Shown here: piece by piece, positions 9,186 to 18,744 of the stretch | Layout of the letters: the number at the start of each line of letters is the position of its first letter | Numbering within the stretch: the stretch's first letter is position 1 | DNA from: an uncultured Acidobacteriota bacterium | Lineage (GTDB): Bacteria > Acidobacteriota > UBA6911 | Reading direction: 5' to 3' | Assembly: GCA_963809485.1 (NCBI GenBank) | Contig: CAWEJX010000020.1 | Coordinates: forward strand, 768,001 to 832,000 | DNA length: 64,000 bases | Translations under genes and position numbers: made by a program | Notes under the pieces: model-generated | Seen by the model: only the letters and a program-made list of their open reading frames with translations | Told to the model about the DNA's origin: nothing | Databases searched by the model: none

Positions 9186-9603
9186 CTTTTGCCCTCCGCT
9201 GCTTAATGGAAGTTTAGTAAACAATAGAATCGCATACAAGGCAGCCACCGGGAGGACTTCTGATTCCCAATCGCGCGGCGGTTTCTTGAGGAATCCGGTA
9301 TTCATGGACCACGGGCCTGCACAAGGGAAGGGGAATTTTCCGAAGAAAATGCAGGTTCCAATTCCAAGGGTGATTATTCCGGCAAAGGAGAATCCCAATT
9401 TCGCGAACCGGTTGGCGACATCAGGGATATTCGCGCCTGCATTTCCTTTCTTTTGTGGGATTGTCTCCGCATCCGGGCGGTGAGAAATCTATTCCTGAAC
9501 AGCAATAATATGATTTTTAGCAATATGGATTCATCCGCATCACCAAAATTCGTAGCACATGTTATGGGAAGCCTGCATAATTTGAATAAGGAAAGGAGGA
9601 TTC

Positions 9604-11943
9604 ATGTACAGAAGAAACGAGGTCCTTGAATATCATGGCTCCGAGCCGAAAGGCAAGATCGAGATTTCGGCCGCCAAACCGCTTATTACTCCCAGAGACC
9701 TGAGTATGGCCTACTTTCCAGGTGTTGCTGAGATTTCCCACATTGTTGCGGAAAAGCCGGACGCTGTCTACGACTATTCCTCCAAGGAAAACCTGATTGC
9801 CGTTGTCACCAATGGCTCTCGCGTGATCGGCCTCGGGAATATCGGCGCACTCGCCGCCAAGGCAGTGATGGAAGGAAAATCTCTTTTGTTCAAACGCTTC
9901 GCGAATATAAACGCGATTGACCTCGAGGTAAATACTCAGGATCCGCAGGAATTTGTGAACGTTGTTGCCAATCTTGAGCCGACTTTCGGAGGCATCAGCC
10001 TGGAGGCGATCCGCTCGCCCGATTGTTTCTACATCGAGCAGGAACTGGCCAGGCGCATGTCGATACCGGTTTTCCATGATGACCAATATGGAACCGCGGT
10101 CATTGTCTGCGCAGCTTTGATCAATGCCCTCATTCTTCAAAAAAAGGCGATCGAGGACCTCAGAATCGTGATCTCCGGAGCCGGCGCAAGCGGCCTGGCA
10201 ACGGCAAGACTGCTGCTGGCTCTGGGCGCGAGGAGGGAAGAGATCTTGATGGCCGATTCAGCGGGAGTTCTGTATGAGGGCCGTCGCGAGAACATGAATC
10301 CGTACAAGGAGCAGTTCTCAGTCAAAACAGACCGCCGGACGCTCGCCGAGGCGCTGAAGGGAAGCGACTGCTTTATCGGATGCTCTGTGGGAGGGGTCGT
10401 CTCGAGAAACATGCTTATCGACATGCGTGAGAGACCCGTTATTTTTTCTCTGGCAGGGCCCGATCCCGAAATATCCTATTCCCTGGCAAAGGAAGTACGC
10501 CCCGACGCAATTGTCGGAACGCGGCACGCGGAATGGCCGAACGAATTTACCAATGTACTTTGCTCTCCGTACGTTCTTCGGGGCGCGCTGGACACGCGAT
10601 GCAAAGCCATCCACCCGGGGCTTTTGCTTGCCGCTGCCGCGGAACTCGCCGCAATCGCGCGCGAAGGAGGGCCGCCTGACGTTGTACACGGCGCCCTTCG
10701 GGAAAATTACCAGTTTGGGCCTGAATACATCATTCCAAAACCATTTGACACGAGGCTTGCAGAGCGGATTTCAGAGGCTGTGGCGAAAGCCGCTGTGGAA
10801 TCGCAAGTTGCGCGGGTTCGCCTGGATTTCCCGAAATACCGCACCCGATTAGGCAATTTCTTCGGCAAGTCCAACACGGTGATGCAGCAATTTATTACGC
10901 AGGCGCAGAAAAAAGTCATGCGCATTGCATTTCCGGAAGGAGAGACGCAAACGATCCTTCGTGCCTGCCAGGCAATCGTAGACAATGGGATCGCGCAGCC
11001 TGTGTTGCTCGGCTCGCCGCAGAAGATAAGGAATTTGATCAAACAGCACAATCTGGATCTTCTCGAAAAAGTGGAAATCATCGATCCGTCGGATCCGCCC
11101 AGCTTCGAAATCTACTGCCGGGAAATTTACGAGCTGAGAAAGCGTAAGGGGCTGACACTCCAGGATACGCGGGATTTTCTGAGGAATCTCAACTGCCTTG
11201 GGATGGCAATGCTCCGCCATGGCGACGTCGATGGCGTTATATCGGGCCAGACGACGCACTATCCCGAAACCATTCGCCCTGCACTCACTCTTATAGGGAT
11301 TCGGGAAGGCGTAAGGCTGGCGACGAGCATGTATATGGTCATCCTGAAAAACAAGGCGAAGTTTTTCGCGGACACAACTATCAACATCACTCCAGACGCT
11401 GAAGACATCGCTGAGATCGCGATCGTGACCGCGGACGCAGTTCGCAGATTGGGCGTCATCCCCAGAATCGCGCTTCTCAGCTTTTCAAATTTTGGATCCT
11501 CGAAGCATCCGCTTGCCGCAAGGGTGGCCAGGGCAGCCGATATCGTGAAGAAGCGCCGGCCGGATCTTGAAGCAGACGGCGAGATTCAGGCGGACGTGGC
11601 GCTAGATGCGGATCAGATCCGGGAACTTTATCCTTTTTGCCGGCTGACGCGCGAGGCGAATACGCTGATTTTCCCCGATCTCGGCTCAGCCAATATCGCC
11701 TACAAACTCATGGGGCGAATCGGTTCCGCTACCATTGTCGGCCCCATCCTGCTGGGCTTGCGGAAACCGGTCGGCGTTCTGCAACGATCGTGCTCCGTGG
11801 AATCCGTCGTGAACAATACCGCCGTCGTCTGCGTGAAAGCGCAGGGGCTGTTCGAACGGGAGGCGGAACCGGAAAAGGAATTTCACCTGACCGATTCCCC
11901 TGACCGAACCCCCGTGATCCGGAGTCCCGAGCCCGCGCTATGA
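9604..11943 (+). CDS. maeB: Malic enzyme-phosphotransacetylase fusion (MaeB-like), divergent
   Basis: AYFPGVA, VMEGKSLLFK, FHDDQYGT and GAGASG in the ME part; FPEGE, LSFSNFGS, DGEIQAD and FPDLGSANIAYK in the PTA part; AAGGAGG RBS. Confidence 0.9.
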   Translation: MYRRNEVLEYHGSEPKGKIEISAAKPLITPRDLSMAYFPGVAEISHIVAEKPDAVYDYSSKENLIAVVTNGSRVIGLGNIGALAAKAVMEGKSLLFKRFANINAIDLEVNTQDPQEFVNVVANLEPTFGGISLEAIRSPDCFYIEQELARRMSIPVFHDDQYGTAVIVCAALINALILQKKAIEDLRIVISGAGASGLATARLLLALGARREEILMADSAGVLYEGRRENMNPYKEQFSVKTDRRTLAEALKGSDCFIGCSVGGVVSRNMLIDMRERPVIFSLAGPDPEISYSLAKEVRPDAIVGTRHAEWPNEFTNVLCSPYVLRGALDTRCKAIHPGLLLAAAAELAAIAREGGPPDVVHGALRENYQFGPEYIIPKPFDTRLAERISEAVAKAAVESQVARVRLDFPKYRTRLGNFFGKSNTVMQQFITQAQKKVMRIAFPEGETQTILRACQAIVDNGIAQPVLLGSPQKIRNLIKQHNLDLLEKVEIIDPSDPPSFEIYCREIYELRKRKGLTLQDTRDFLRNLNCLGMAMLRHGDVDGVISGQTTHYPETIRPALTLIGIREGVRLATSMYMVILKNKAKFFADTTINITPDAEDIAEIAIVTADAVRRLGVIPRIALLSFSNFGSSKHPLAARVARAADIVKKRRPDLEADGEIQADVALDADQIRELYPFCRLTREANTLIFPDLGSANIAYKLMGRIGSATIVGPILLGLRKPVGVLQRSCSVESVVNNTAVVCVKAQGLFEREAEPEKEFHLTDSPDRTPVIRSPEPAL

Positions 11944-11977
11944 TGTCAAGGCCGGATTTTTGCCATATGAGGTACCT

Positions 11978-12997
11978 ATGAATACAGCTTTAAACGAGGG
12001 CACAAGCCAAAAGCAAAATGCATCCAGGGTTTCGGTCGAGGAGTTCATGAGATCCTTCGAGCTCTATGAATATCCAGTTCTCGATCCCAATAGCAGCTAC
12101 CGTGAAGTGTTCAGACGGCTGTGGGAGACCATCCGCAACATTGGCCAGATCGTGAAGGACCGGAAGCCCGAACAGTTGGTAGCGATCGGGCTCAGGGGCA
12201 GTTACTCGCACGGCCATCCCTATGAAGGCAACGATGTGGACCTGCTCTTTACCGTGGACGGCTACACTGAGGAACTGGAGGACATCCTATTAACTGTTTC
12301 CGCTGAAGAGCTTGCAAAAAACGGTTTCAAGTTGTGCAATGGAAAGGAAGTGGACGGCTCCCATCTCTTCCCGGTGCGCTTCCTCGATCTGCGCAAAATA
12401 GAGGAAATACTTAACTGCTATATGTATGGACTGGACAAACTGCTCTATCAGGATGCTTTCAGCGACGCAACAATGCTGCATATGGGCGGGCAGGATCCGT
12501 TGGTGGAAAAAAAGAAAACTCTCTTGCACAGCGGGATCCTAATCCCATACCTCCTTTGGGCATATGGATTAGAAAATGTCGGGAGGGTTTTTTATCAAAT
12601 CAATCGTCATCTACCGGTTCCGACGCGTCCGACCCGGTATCCGGCTGATACGATCAACGAAACCAAAGAGACGCTTAAACAAACCTATATTGCCAGGACC
12701 TTGACAGGAAGGCCGATTCATCTGGGCATGGCCACGGGATATCCTATCCCCGAGCTGGACGAAAGTGACTTTGGCTCGGAACCGCATAGGGAAGCCGAGG
12801 AATTGTTTTGGGCCCTCATGCCTTTGCGCGAGATTTACCTTGAAGCCATCCGAAAGCATATAATCCAGGCCAAGCTGGAGAACGAAGTCCTGGGCAGAAG
12901 GCTCTCCCCATCCAGGATTTTGACTTTTGCACCGTCTTACGACGGCCTCGTGCGCCGCAGATTGCGAGCTCAGTGGGGCAAGTGGGAAAACTGGTAA
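11978..12997 (+). CDS. Nucleotidyltransferase-domain protein (Pol-beta superfamily)
   Basis: GLRGSYSHG-x5-NDVDLL fits hG[GS]x9-13DhD; GAGG RBS before ATG 11978. Confidence 0.75.
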   Translation: MNTALNEGTSQKQNASRVSVEEFMRSFELYEYPVLDPNSSYREVFRRLWETIRNIGQIVKDRKPEQLVAIGLRGSYSHGHPYEGNDVDLLFTVDGYTEELEDILLTVSAEELAKNGFKLCNGKEVDGSHLFPVRFLDLRKIEEILNCYMYGLDKLLYQDAFSDATMLHMGGQDPLVEKKKTLLHSGILIPYLLWAYGLENVGRVFYQINRHLPVPTRPTRYPADTINETKETLKQTYIARTLTGRPIHLGMATGYPIPELDESDFGSEPHREAEELFWALMPLREIYLEAIRKHIIQAKLENEVLGRRLSPSRILTFAPSYDGLVRRRLRAQWGKWENW

Positions 12998-13089
12998 ACC
13001 TCTCAGATCTGATTGCGCGGAAGATTTTTGGGCATCCTGGGAGCCTGTCCGAGAAGAAAATATCATCCCGACATTGCCAACGGCTCGAG

Positions 13090-13215
13090 GCGCCTGGCCT
13101 CGGCGATCCAGCCACCATACCAGGACGACATCAATCTCACGGCTGCGCGCCTCGGTGAGAAGTTTTTCCCGGCATGCGCGCTGGGAAGAGCCCGAGTCGA
13201 TGAATTTCACCTGGG
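13090..13215 (-). pseudogene. Serine recombinase/resolvase fragment
   Basis: DSGSSQRACREKLLTEARSREIDVVLVWWLDRRG resembles the resolvase DVVLVWRLDRWGRS motif. Confidence 0.6.
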
Positions 13216-13440
13216 TAACGACCTGCCAGCCCCGGCGCGTGGGTACGATTCCCGAAGCGAACAGTCCCGTCCGCTCATCGGGGCTCAGCTGCGCGCGGTG
13301 CGCCGCCGCCAGCGCCAGGACCTTCATGCTCGTGTCGTCGTTATAAAAAACCTCTCCCTGTGCCGCCTGGCGGATCAGTTCGTCGAAAGCTGGACGTATC
13401 CCCCTGCGGTTTCAGCGACAATCCACCACTGCCACGGGAG
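13216..13440 (-). mobile_element. IS66-family transposase (TnpC) fragment
   Basis: PAFDELIRQAAQGEVFYNDDTSMKVL...ERTGLFASGIV contains the IS66-type DDT motif; frameshifted upstream. Confidence 0.6.
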
Positions 13441-13535
13441 TACCTGCATTTGACGTACAACACCGCCGGAAGATCGCGAACAATCGGTTCCCAATTGTCT
13501 TCCTGAAAAGCCGGGGCTGGTTGCGCCTGGTCCTC

Positions 13536-13925
13536 CTAATAGACAGGCATATCCATGCCCTGATGTTCATGAACTCTGCCGGCGATCTGGACTTCAATCT
13601 CCGCCATACCTGGAATCATCATTTTTGACAGGTAATATTGATCTCCGACCTTGCGGAATCCAACAGTGGCATCTTTCAGCCGTGTTTGCGAACTCGCAGC
13701 GGAGCTGATCTGTGCCATCGCTATTGCCGACATTTTATTCATGCCGACCACTGCAATGCTTCTGCCATCGTTTGACCTGATGAAACGGTATTCCCCGGCC
13801 GGCAGCTGTTTGCCGGAAACGGTAAAGGCAAACGGTACGTCTGCCCGTATTCTCTTTTGCGCGAAGGCGGCAGATGCCGACAACAATGTCACAAGGCAAA
13901 GCGACACGAGAACTTTCATTCTCAT
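13536..13925 (-). CDS. Small secreted beta-rich hypothetical protein (Acidobacteria-type)
   Basis: Signal peptide ending AFA; DVPFAFTVSGKQLPAGEY motif; GGAGG RBS. Confidence 0.82.
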   Translation of the reverse strand: MRMKVLVSLCLVTLLSASAAFAQKRIRADVPFAFTVSGKQLPAGEYRFIRSNDGRSIAVVGMNKMSAIAMAQISSAASSQTRLKDATVGFRKVGDQYYLSKMMIPGMAEIEVQIAGRVHEHQGMDMPVY

Positions 13926-14199
13926 TTTAGGCCTCCTCTCCTCATCGATTCATATTCCCTTCCGTTTTTCCAAAATCCACACTGGTCACAAATTTAAATA
14001 TAGTATTTTGAAATGAAATTTCAATATTGATCTATACAATTGCTCCCTTAAGAAAATAGACAGGAAAGGTTGGGTTATCAGAATGGAAGGCCGAGGTGCG
14101 GGTCGCCATAAACCCATAACGCCATAGATTCAATTACTTAACGGCTATCATTGGATCCTTGGCTGTGTTGCGGAAACCGTTCGAAGGATTTAAAAGAAG

Positions 14200-14221
14200 T
14201 GGCGGAGAGGGGGGAGATTCG
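14200..14221 (-). mobile_element. att-like duplication of the tRNA-Ser 3' end
   Basis: TGGCGGAGAGGGGGGAGATTCG versus the tRNA end TGGCGGAGAGGGGGGGATTCG at 18362. Confidence 0.75.
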
Positions 14222-14385
14222 GCTGGAGCCGATTGGGCGAATCTGTTGGTGGGCATCGACTTATCGATAATATTCATTGTTCGCAATTAGTTGCGCCGTT
14301 TTCCCATAGTTTCCAGGAGTTTCCGCAGTTTCTCCTAAAGCCTCTATTTCCACGAGAAATGGTATCACTGGTATCACCGCTCAGG

Positions 14386-14553
14386 AGCTTATGGGTCGTT
14401 CAAGCGCGTTTTTTGCCTTTTGTCGTCCGGGCCTCTGATAAAGAGTGATATGTAAACTGAATAAAACTCCAGAAACTCAATTTGCATATCAGGCAAAAAT
14501 CATTTTATGCGTGAAAGAGTCGGGAAGGAAACAGAAATAGGAGATTCGCCTTA
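14386..14553. repeat. Island direct repeat, copy A
   Basis: Highly similar to 17816-18076 (GGTCGTTCAAGCGCGTTTTTTGCC...GTGATATGTAAACTGA...GCGTGAAAGAGTCGG...ACAGAAATAGG). Confidence 0.85.
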
Positions 14554-15031
14554 AGAAGACTTCCCCCATGCCCCCCTTGCCCAACCGGTCGGTGACTTCG
14601 TAATGGGCGAGTGTTTTCCCGATCATGCTCCCACCTCCCTCTCAAGCGCTCGAAATGAGTGTTCGAGGACGCCTTAAGCCCAAGTGATCTAAGCGAAAAA
14701 CCGGACGCTAGGGAGCGGGCGTCCGCTCCCCATCCAAGGCAGGCAACGAATGAGGATAGGCTAATGATCGGCCCGCGATGTGGGGGTTGCAAGCAAAATG
14801 TCGATGCCTTGATATGATCAAAAAAGTTAGGCATCCCAGGAACCAGCTATTGGGGCACACTTCCATCTTCCGGTCCGAAAAGTCCCTGAGTGAGAAATAA
14901 CTTGCTTGCCCATATCCAATGCCGCAAGGTGAAGAGGCGATAGCCCAGGATGGCAGGCCGAGCTACTTTGAGATTCTATTGGCCCCCTTGGCAGATAAAT
15001 GGTCGCAGAAAAGCGCATCCCGCCGATCCGG

Positions 15032-15523
15032 TTATTGGCGTTCAAATACCACGACGTTGTTGATCCGTTGACCTTGAGCGTTCGTACCTTTGCTTGTGAA
15101 CGTCATGGTCTTTCCGTCTTTGGAAATCGTTGCGGTATATGAAATAGCGGTCGCCTTCCCATCTGCCTTCAGAATCACCTCTTCCGTGTATGCATTGACA
15201 AGCCTCACCGAAAGCGATTGTGGTACTTTTGCTCCCAGCACAAAATGTGGGTAATCTTTTCCGTCACGCTTGAACGCATCTTGCTCGAACGTCCGATTCC
15301 CCTGGGCGTCAATCCCCTCGCTAGTCCGAAGTATCACTCCGCCTCCCCGATCTTCGAATGTCCACGTAGAACTCCTCGGCGCCGGACCGGGATCGAACTT
15401 CGACTTGGCCGGGTTTGCCTTCCATGTCCCGAAAAAGGGATCAGCGGTTTGCGACAAGGTGAACAGCGACGTGACGACTACAAAAAGCAAGCTCAACATC
15501 AGGCACCTCACAATCCTTCCCAT
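15032..15523 (-). CDS. Secreted beta-barrel (lipocalin-like) hypothetical protein
   Basis: Signal peptide; DPFFGTWKANPAKSKFDPGPAP...ISKDGKTMT...VVVFERQ; AAGGAG RBS. Confidence 0.82.
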   Translation of the reverse strand: MGRIVRCLMLSLLFVVVTSLFTLSQTADPFFGTWKANPAKSKFDPGPAPRSSTWTFEDRGGGVILRTSEGIDAQGNRTFEQDAFKRDGKDYPHFVLGAKVPQSLSVRLVNAYTEEVILKADGKATAISYTATISKDGKTMTFTSKGTNAQGQRINNVVVFERQ

Positions 15524-16223
15524 CTTAGTTCTCCTTTCCTAAGCGAAAGTGCTAGGCCGGCCCGCGGTTTGTCGGCCTAGTGACCGGCAATTGATCTTCT
15601 GGCGGTGCCGCTGCTTTCTTGGATCGAGGCTTGGCTAGCCTCCTTAAGCAATAGCCGCGCTTGGTTTGCCTAATGGCGCGGAAAGCGGAACATGGGAAAG
15701 GAACTGGGGCAATATGGAGTCGCTGCTTGTTCTGGTTACTGTATGTGTAATGCAATATTCTTATCGCAAACTCAAGCTACAGTCAACAATTAGCAGGTGT
15801 CAGTCCACATTTTTGAGTGCCGCAATCACCCGACAGCAGTCCTGCAGCAATTTCTGGAGATAACGTCGCTCCTCGAGGGCAACTTTGAATACCTGCCGTG
15901 CTTTGTCACGGCCTTCCGGATCCACCCAATTCCTTCCTGGTTCTTCGGTCCAGTCGAAATGAAATGATAGGCAATTGCTTTTGCACCCAGGTTGACCGAC
16001 TGCTTCTCTCTCTGCGGCCGTAGCGATAGCATTAAATCGGGGTGGCGACACACGATTGCTGCACATTTTCATACTATTATTTCTTAATAGGCCCTGTGAT
16101 CGTTAAATCTATTTTGAACAAGAGGATTTTCTGTTACAAAAATTATGCAAATAATATAAGAGGGATCTGAAATAACCATAGGAGATAGATGGTGTAAATG
16201 GATAAGAAAGCAAGGATTCAGCC

Positions 16224-16520
16224 ATGAGAGAATCGTTCACCAGACGAAATACCTTGGGATTAGGGCTTGGGTCGGCAATTTTGGGAGCATGCAGCCGGGT
16301 AGCGACCAGTGCTGGAACGCCTACGGTAATCTGCAAGCTTGAAGGGAATCGTGTGCCTGCTTTGAAGCAGTTAAATAATTATGGCGATGAAATGGAAAGC
16401 CTGCTCCTTCTGCGTAGCTCCCCGATAGCAGTAAAGATGCTGAAATCGGAAGCAGATATTCCACAGCCAGATTTATATAAAAAGAGGTTCGAAGCCTGGG
16501 GGATGGAACATAGCAAATGA
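16224..16520 (+). pseudogene. Internally deleted DUF169-like protein with Tat-like leader
   Basis: FTRRNTL...LGAC leader; LLLRSSPIAVKMLKSEADIP (DUF169-like start) joined directly to a short helical tail; only 98 aa. Confidence 0.55.
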
Positions 16521-16793
16521 GCCACACGGCTGAGCTCGCTAAGGCCAATCCATTCCACTATTAACCGAGCTGCAGAAGAATGCCGCGGAAGTGAAGTAAG
16601 GAGCCGTTCCATGTGCTCCGCAAAAAATACTGCAGGTGCCAATTGCCGACCCCTGAAGCTTCATGCAGCGGTTTTAACGATTTGATATTCATGATGTAAC
16701 CTGCCCAAGACAGGTTTGGATGCACAAAAAACAATCACGCTGGCCCGGCTTTTACAGATGGACAAGAAATTGCCTGTTCGTTAGGAAAGGATC

Positions 16794-17567
16794 ATGATTA
16801 TGAGATACGAAACAGTTCTTATGGAAAAAATCGATGGCATTGCCGTCATCACCTTAAATCGCCCCGATAAGCTCAACGCTGTCAATAAGCAAATGAGATC
16901 CGAAGTTCTCGGTCTGCTGGACGAGGTGGAATCGGACGATGGGGTGCGTGTGCTGGTTTTCACTGGAAGCGGTCGCGGATTCTGTGCGGGGGCCGATATC
17001 AGTGAATTCGAAGGGGTCGGGAAGGATCCTCAACTCGAAAGCGGGCGCAGCGGAGACCTGCTCCTGATGCCCAAACGCATTTTCGGGTTTGAAAAACCGA
17101 TCATCGGGGCCATCAATGGAGTGGCAGCGGGAGACGGCGCGCAATGGGTATTGGCCTTTGATTTGAATGTGGCTTCGGAAAGAGCGCGGTTTGGCTGGCC
17201 TGCCACAGGTTTGGGAATCCTCTGACCGTATGGGATCATTAGGCTTCCGGTGGAAGTCGGACGTTTTCGGGCTAAAGAAGTCTTAATGACACGTAAGTTC
17301 CTCAGCGCCCGGGAGGCCTTTGACTGGGGGTTCCTGGCCAAAGTGGTCGCTCCCGAAAAGCTAATGGAGGAGACTCTCGCTCTGGCCGAAGAGATCAAGA
17401 AAATGCCTCCCCTGTCGATCAAGGCGGTCAAACAGGCGGTGAACATGGGTATGGGGGGTTACGAGTATGCCCAGCAGGTGATGATCAATTTGCAGAAGAC
17501 CCAAGATGCCAAAGAAGGCGCCAGGGCATTCATGGAGAAGCGGGAGCCACGATTTGAGGGAAGATAG
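16794..17567 (+). CDS. Enoyl-CoA hydratase/isomerase (crotonase) family protein with in-frame UGA at 17223-17225 (candidate selenoprotein)
   Basis: ITLNRPDKLNA, GFCAGADI, KPIIGAINGVAAG, then GIL-UGA-PYGIIRLP continuing in frame to EGARAFMEKREPRFEGR; 257 codons, a normal crotonase length. Confidence 0.88.
17226..17270 (+). promoter_or_regulatory. Candidate bacterial SECIS element
   Basis: Stem GGCTTCC(17242-48)/GGAAGTC(17252-58) with GGT apical loop starting 24 nt after the UGA. Confidence 0.65.
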
Positions 17568-17815
17568 CCAAAATGGCTGCTGCATAGAAATCCCACCGGA
17601 TCAAACCAGGCAAGGCTTCGCTCTTGATATCCCGCTAAGAAGCAGGGATGGTGAAGCTGGAAGGCAGGGATCCAGGATGGCTCGTGCATAGGCTTCAATA
17701 GCCGGCTCACTTCTTCGGGAAACTCCCAGCCAAAGGGCTCGTCGAGAAAATCCCGAGGTCCCTTCGATATCCTCTCCTCACGCAATCCGGTCAAGAGACC
17801 AAATGCTCGTATTGC

Positions 17816-18076
17816 AGCTTATAGGTCGTTCAAGCGCGTTTTTTGCCTTTTGTCGTCCGAGGCTTTGATAAGGAAAAGGGATCCTTCAGAAGCCGCGCAA
17901 CAAGCGATAACGTTTTACTAACAAAATGCTGTTTGGGCGGTTTCTAAAAGATTTTCTTGAAAAAGTGATATGTAAACTGAAAAAAACTCCAGAAACTCAA
18001 TTTGCAAATCAGGCAAAAATCACTTTATGCGTGAAAGAGTCGGAAAGGAAACAGAAATAGGCCGGGCTTCGCCTTA
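17816..18076. repeat. Island direct repeat, copy B (contains about 90 bp extra internal sequence)
   Basis: Aligns to 14386-14553 on both sides of an insert at about 17872-17962. Confidence 0.85.
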
Positions 18077-18276
18077 GGCCAACCAGCAGAATTTATTAAT
18101 TGATGTAGTGTTCCGTATCGCTTTCCAATACTGCAGATGCTCTGAAGAAGGTAGACGAATTTCATTTTCTTCTCATCTCCATATTTAACGAAGCAGAGGG
18201 GAAATGAGTCAACATTTCCTCGATATGGTAGCTGATGGCAGGAAGTTTTGAATAACCGAGGTTGGAGGGAGTTACA

Positions 18277-18363
18277 GTCCGCCTTCGCCTTCGCTTCGCT
18301 CGGCTACGGCGGACAGCCTTCGCTAAAGCTCCGGCTTGCCAGCCGAAGCTTTAGCGAAGGCTG
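18277..18363. repeat. REP-like tandem hairpins abutting the tRNA 3' end
   Basis: GTCCGCC...GGCGGAC, then CAGCCTTCGCTAAAGCTCCGGCT-tgcc-AGCCGAAGCTTTAGCGAAGGCTG. Confidence 0.7.
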
Positions 18364-18454
18364 GCGGAGAGGGGGGGATTCGAACCCCCGACACCGGTTT
18401 TGCCAGTGTAACTGCTTAGCAGGCAGCCCTGTTCGGCCACTCCAGCACCTCTCC
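18362..18454 (-). tRNA. tRNA-Ser(GCT)
   Basis: Reverse complement GGAGAGG...GCTGC-CT-GCT-AA-GCAGT, long variable arm, GGTTCGAATCC T-arm, encoded CCA; 93 nt. Confidence 0.96.
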
Positions 18455-18744
18455 GTGGGCATTGGGACGGCAGGCCGCAAAAATGAGAGCCCATAGTAAC
18501 TAATTTGCACCTTAAAATCCACCAACAACTCATACCGCATGCACAAAGCCGGAAATCAGGAGCCCGAAGCCGCTGTCCATTTTATTCTGGAATAACCGGT
18601 TCCGAAGAAAATCGAGTTCGCCTGGCTGGGCCGTTTTAAGATACGACAGTTGCGGCAGGCGACTTCCCGGATTTTCCTATCGCAGCTTGGTCACTTTGCA
18701 GCTTAATGATAAGCTTGGTTTTTTGGCGAGGAATTAATACTGTC

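Noticed and set aside
12611-13327. 238-aa minus-strand ORF as a single gene
   Set aside because: Chimera of IS66 and resolvase fragments running antisense into the NTase gene
14200-14221. Second tRNA gene
   Set aside because: Only the 3' acceptor strand and part of the T-arm are present; treated as an att duplication
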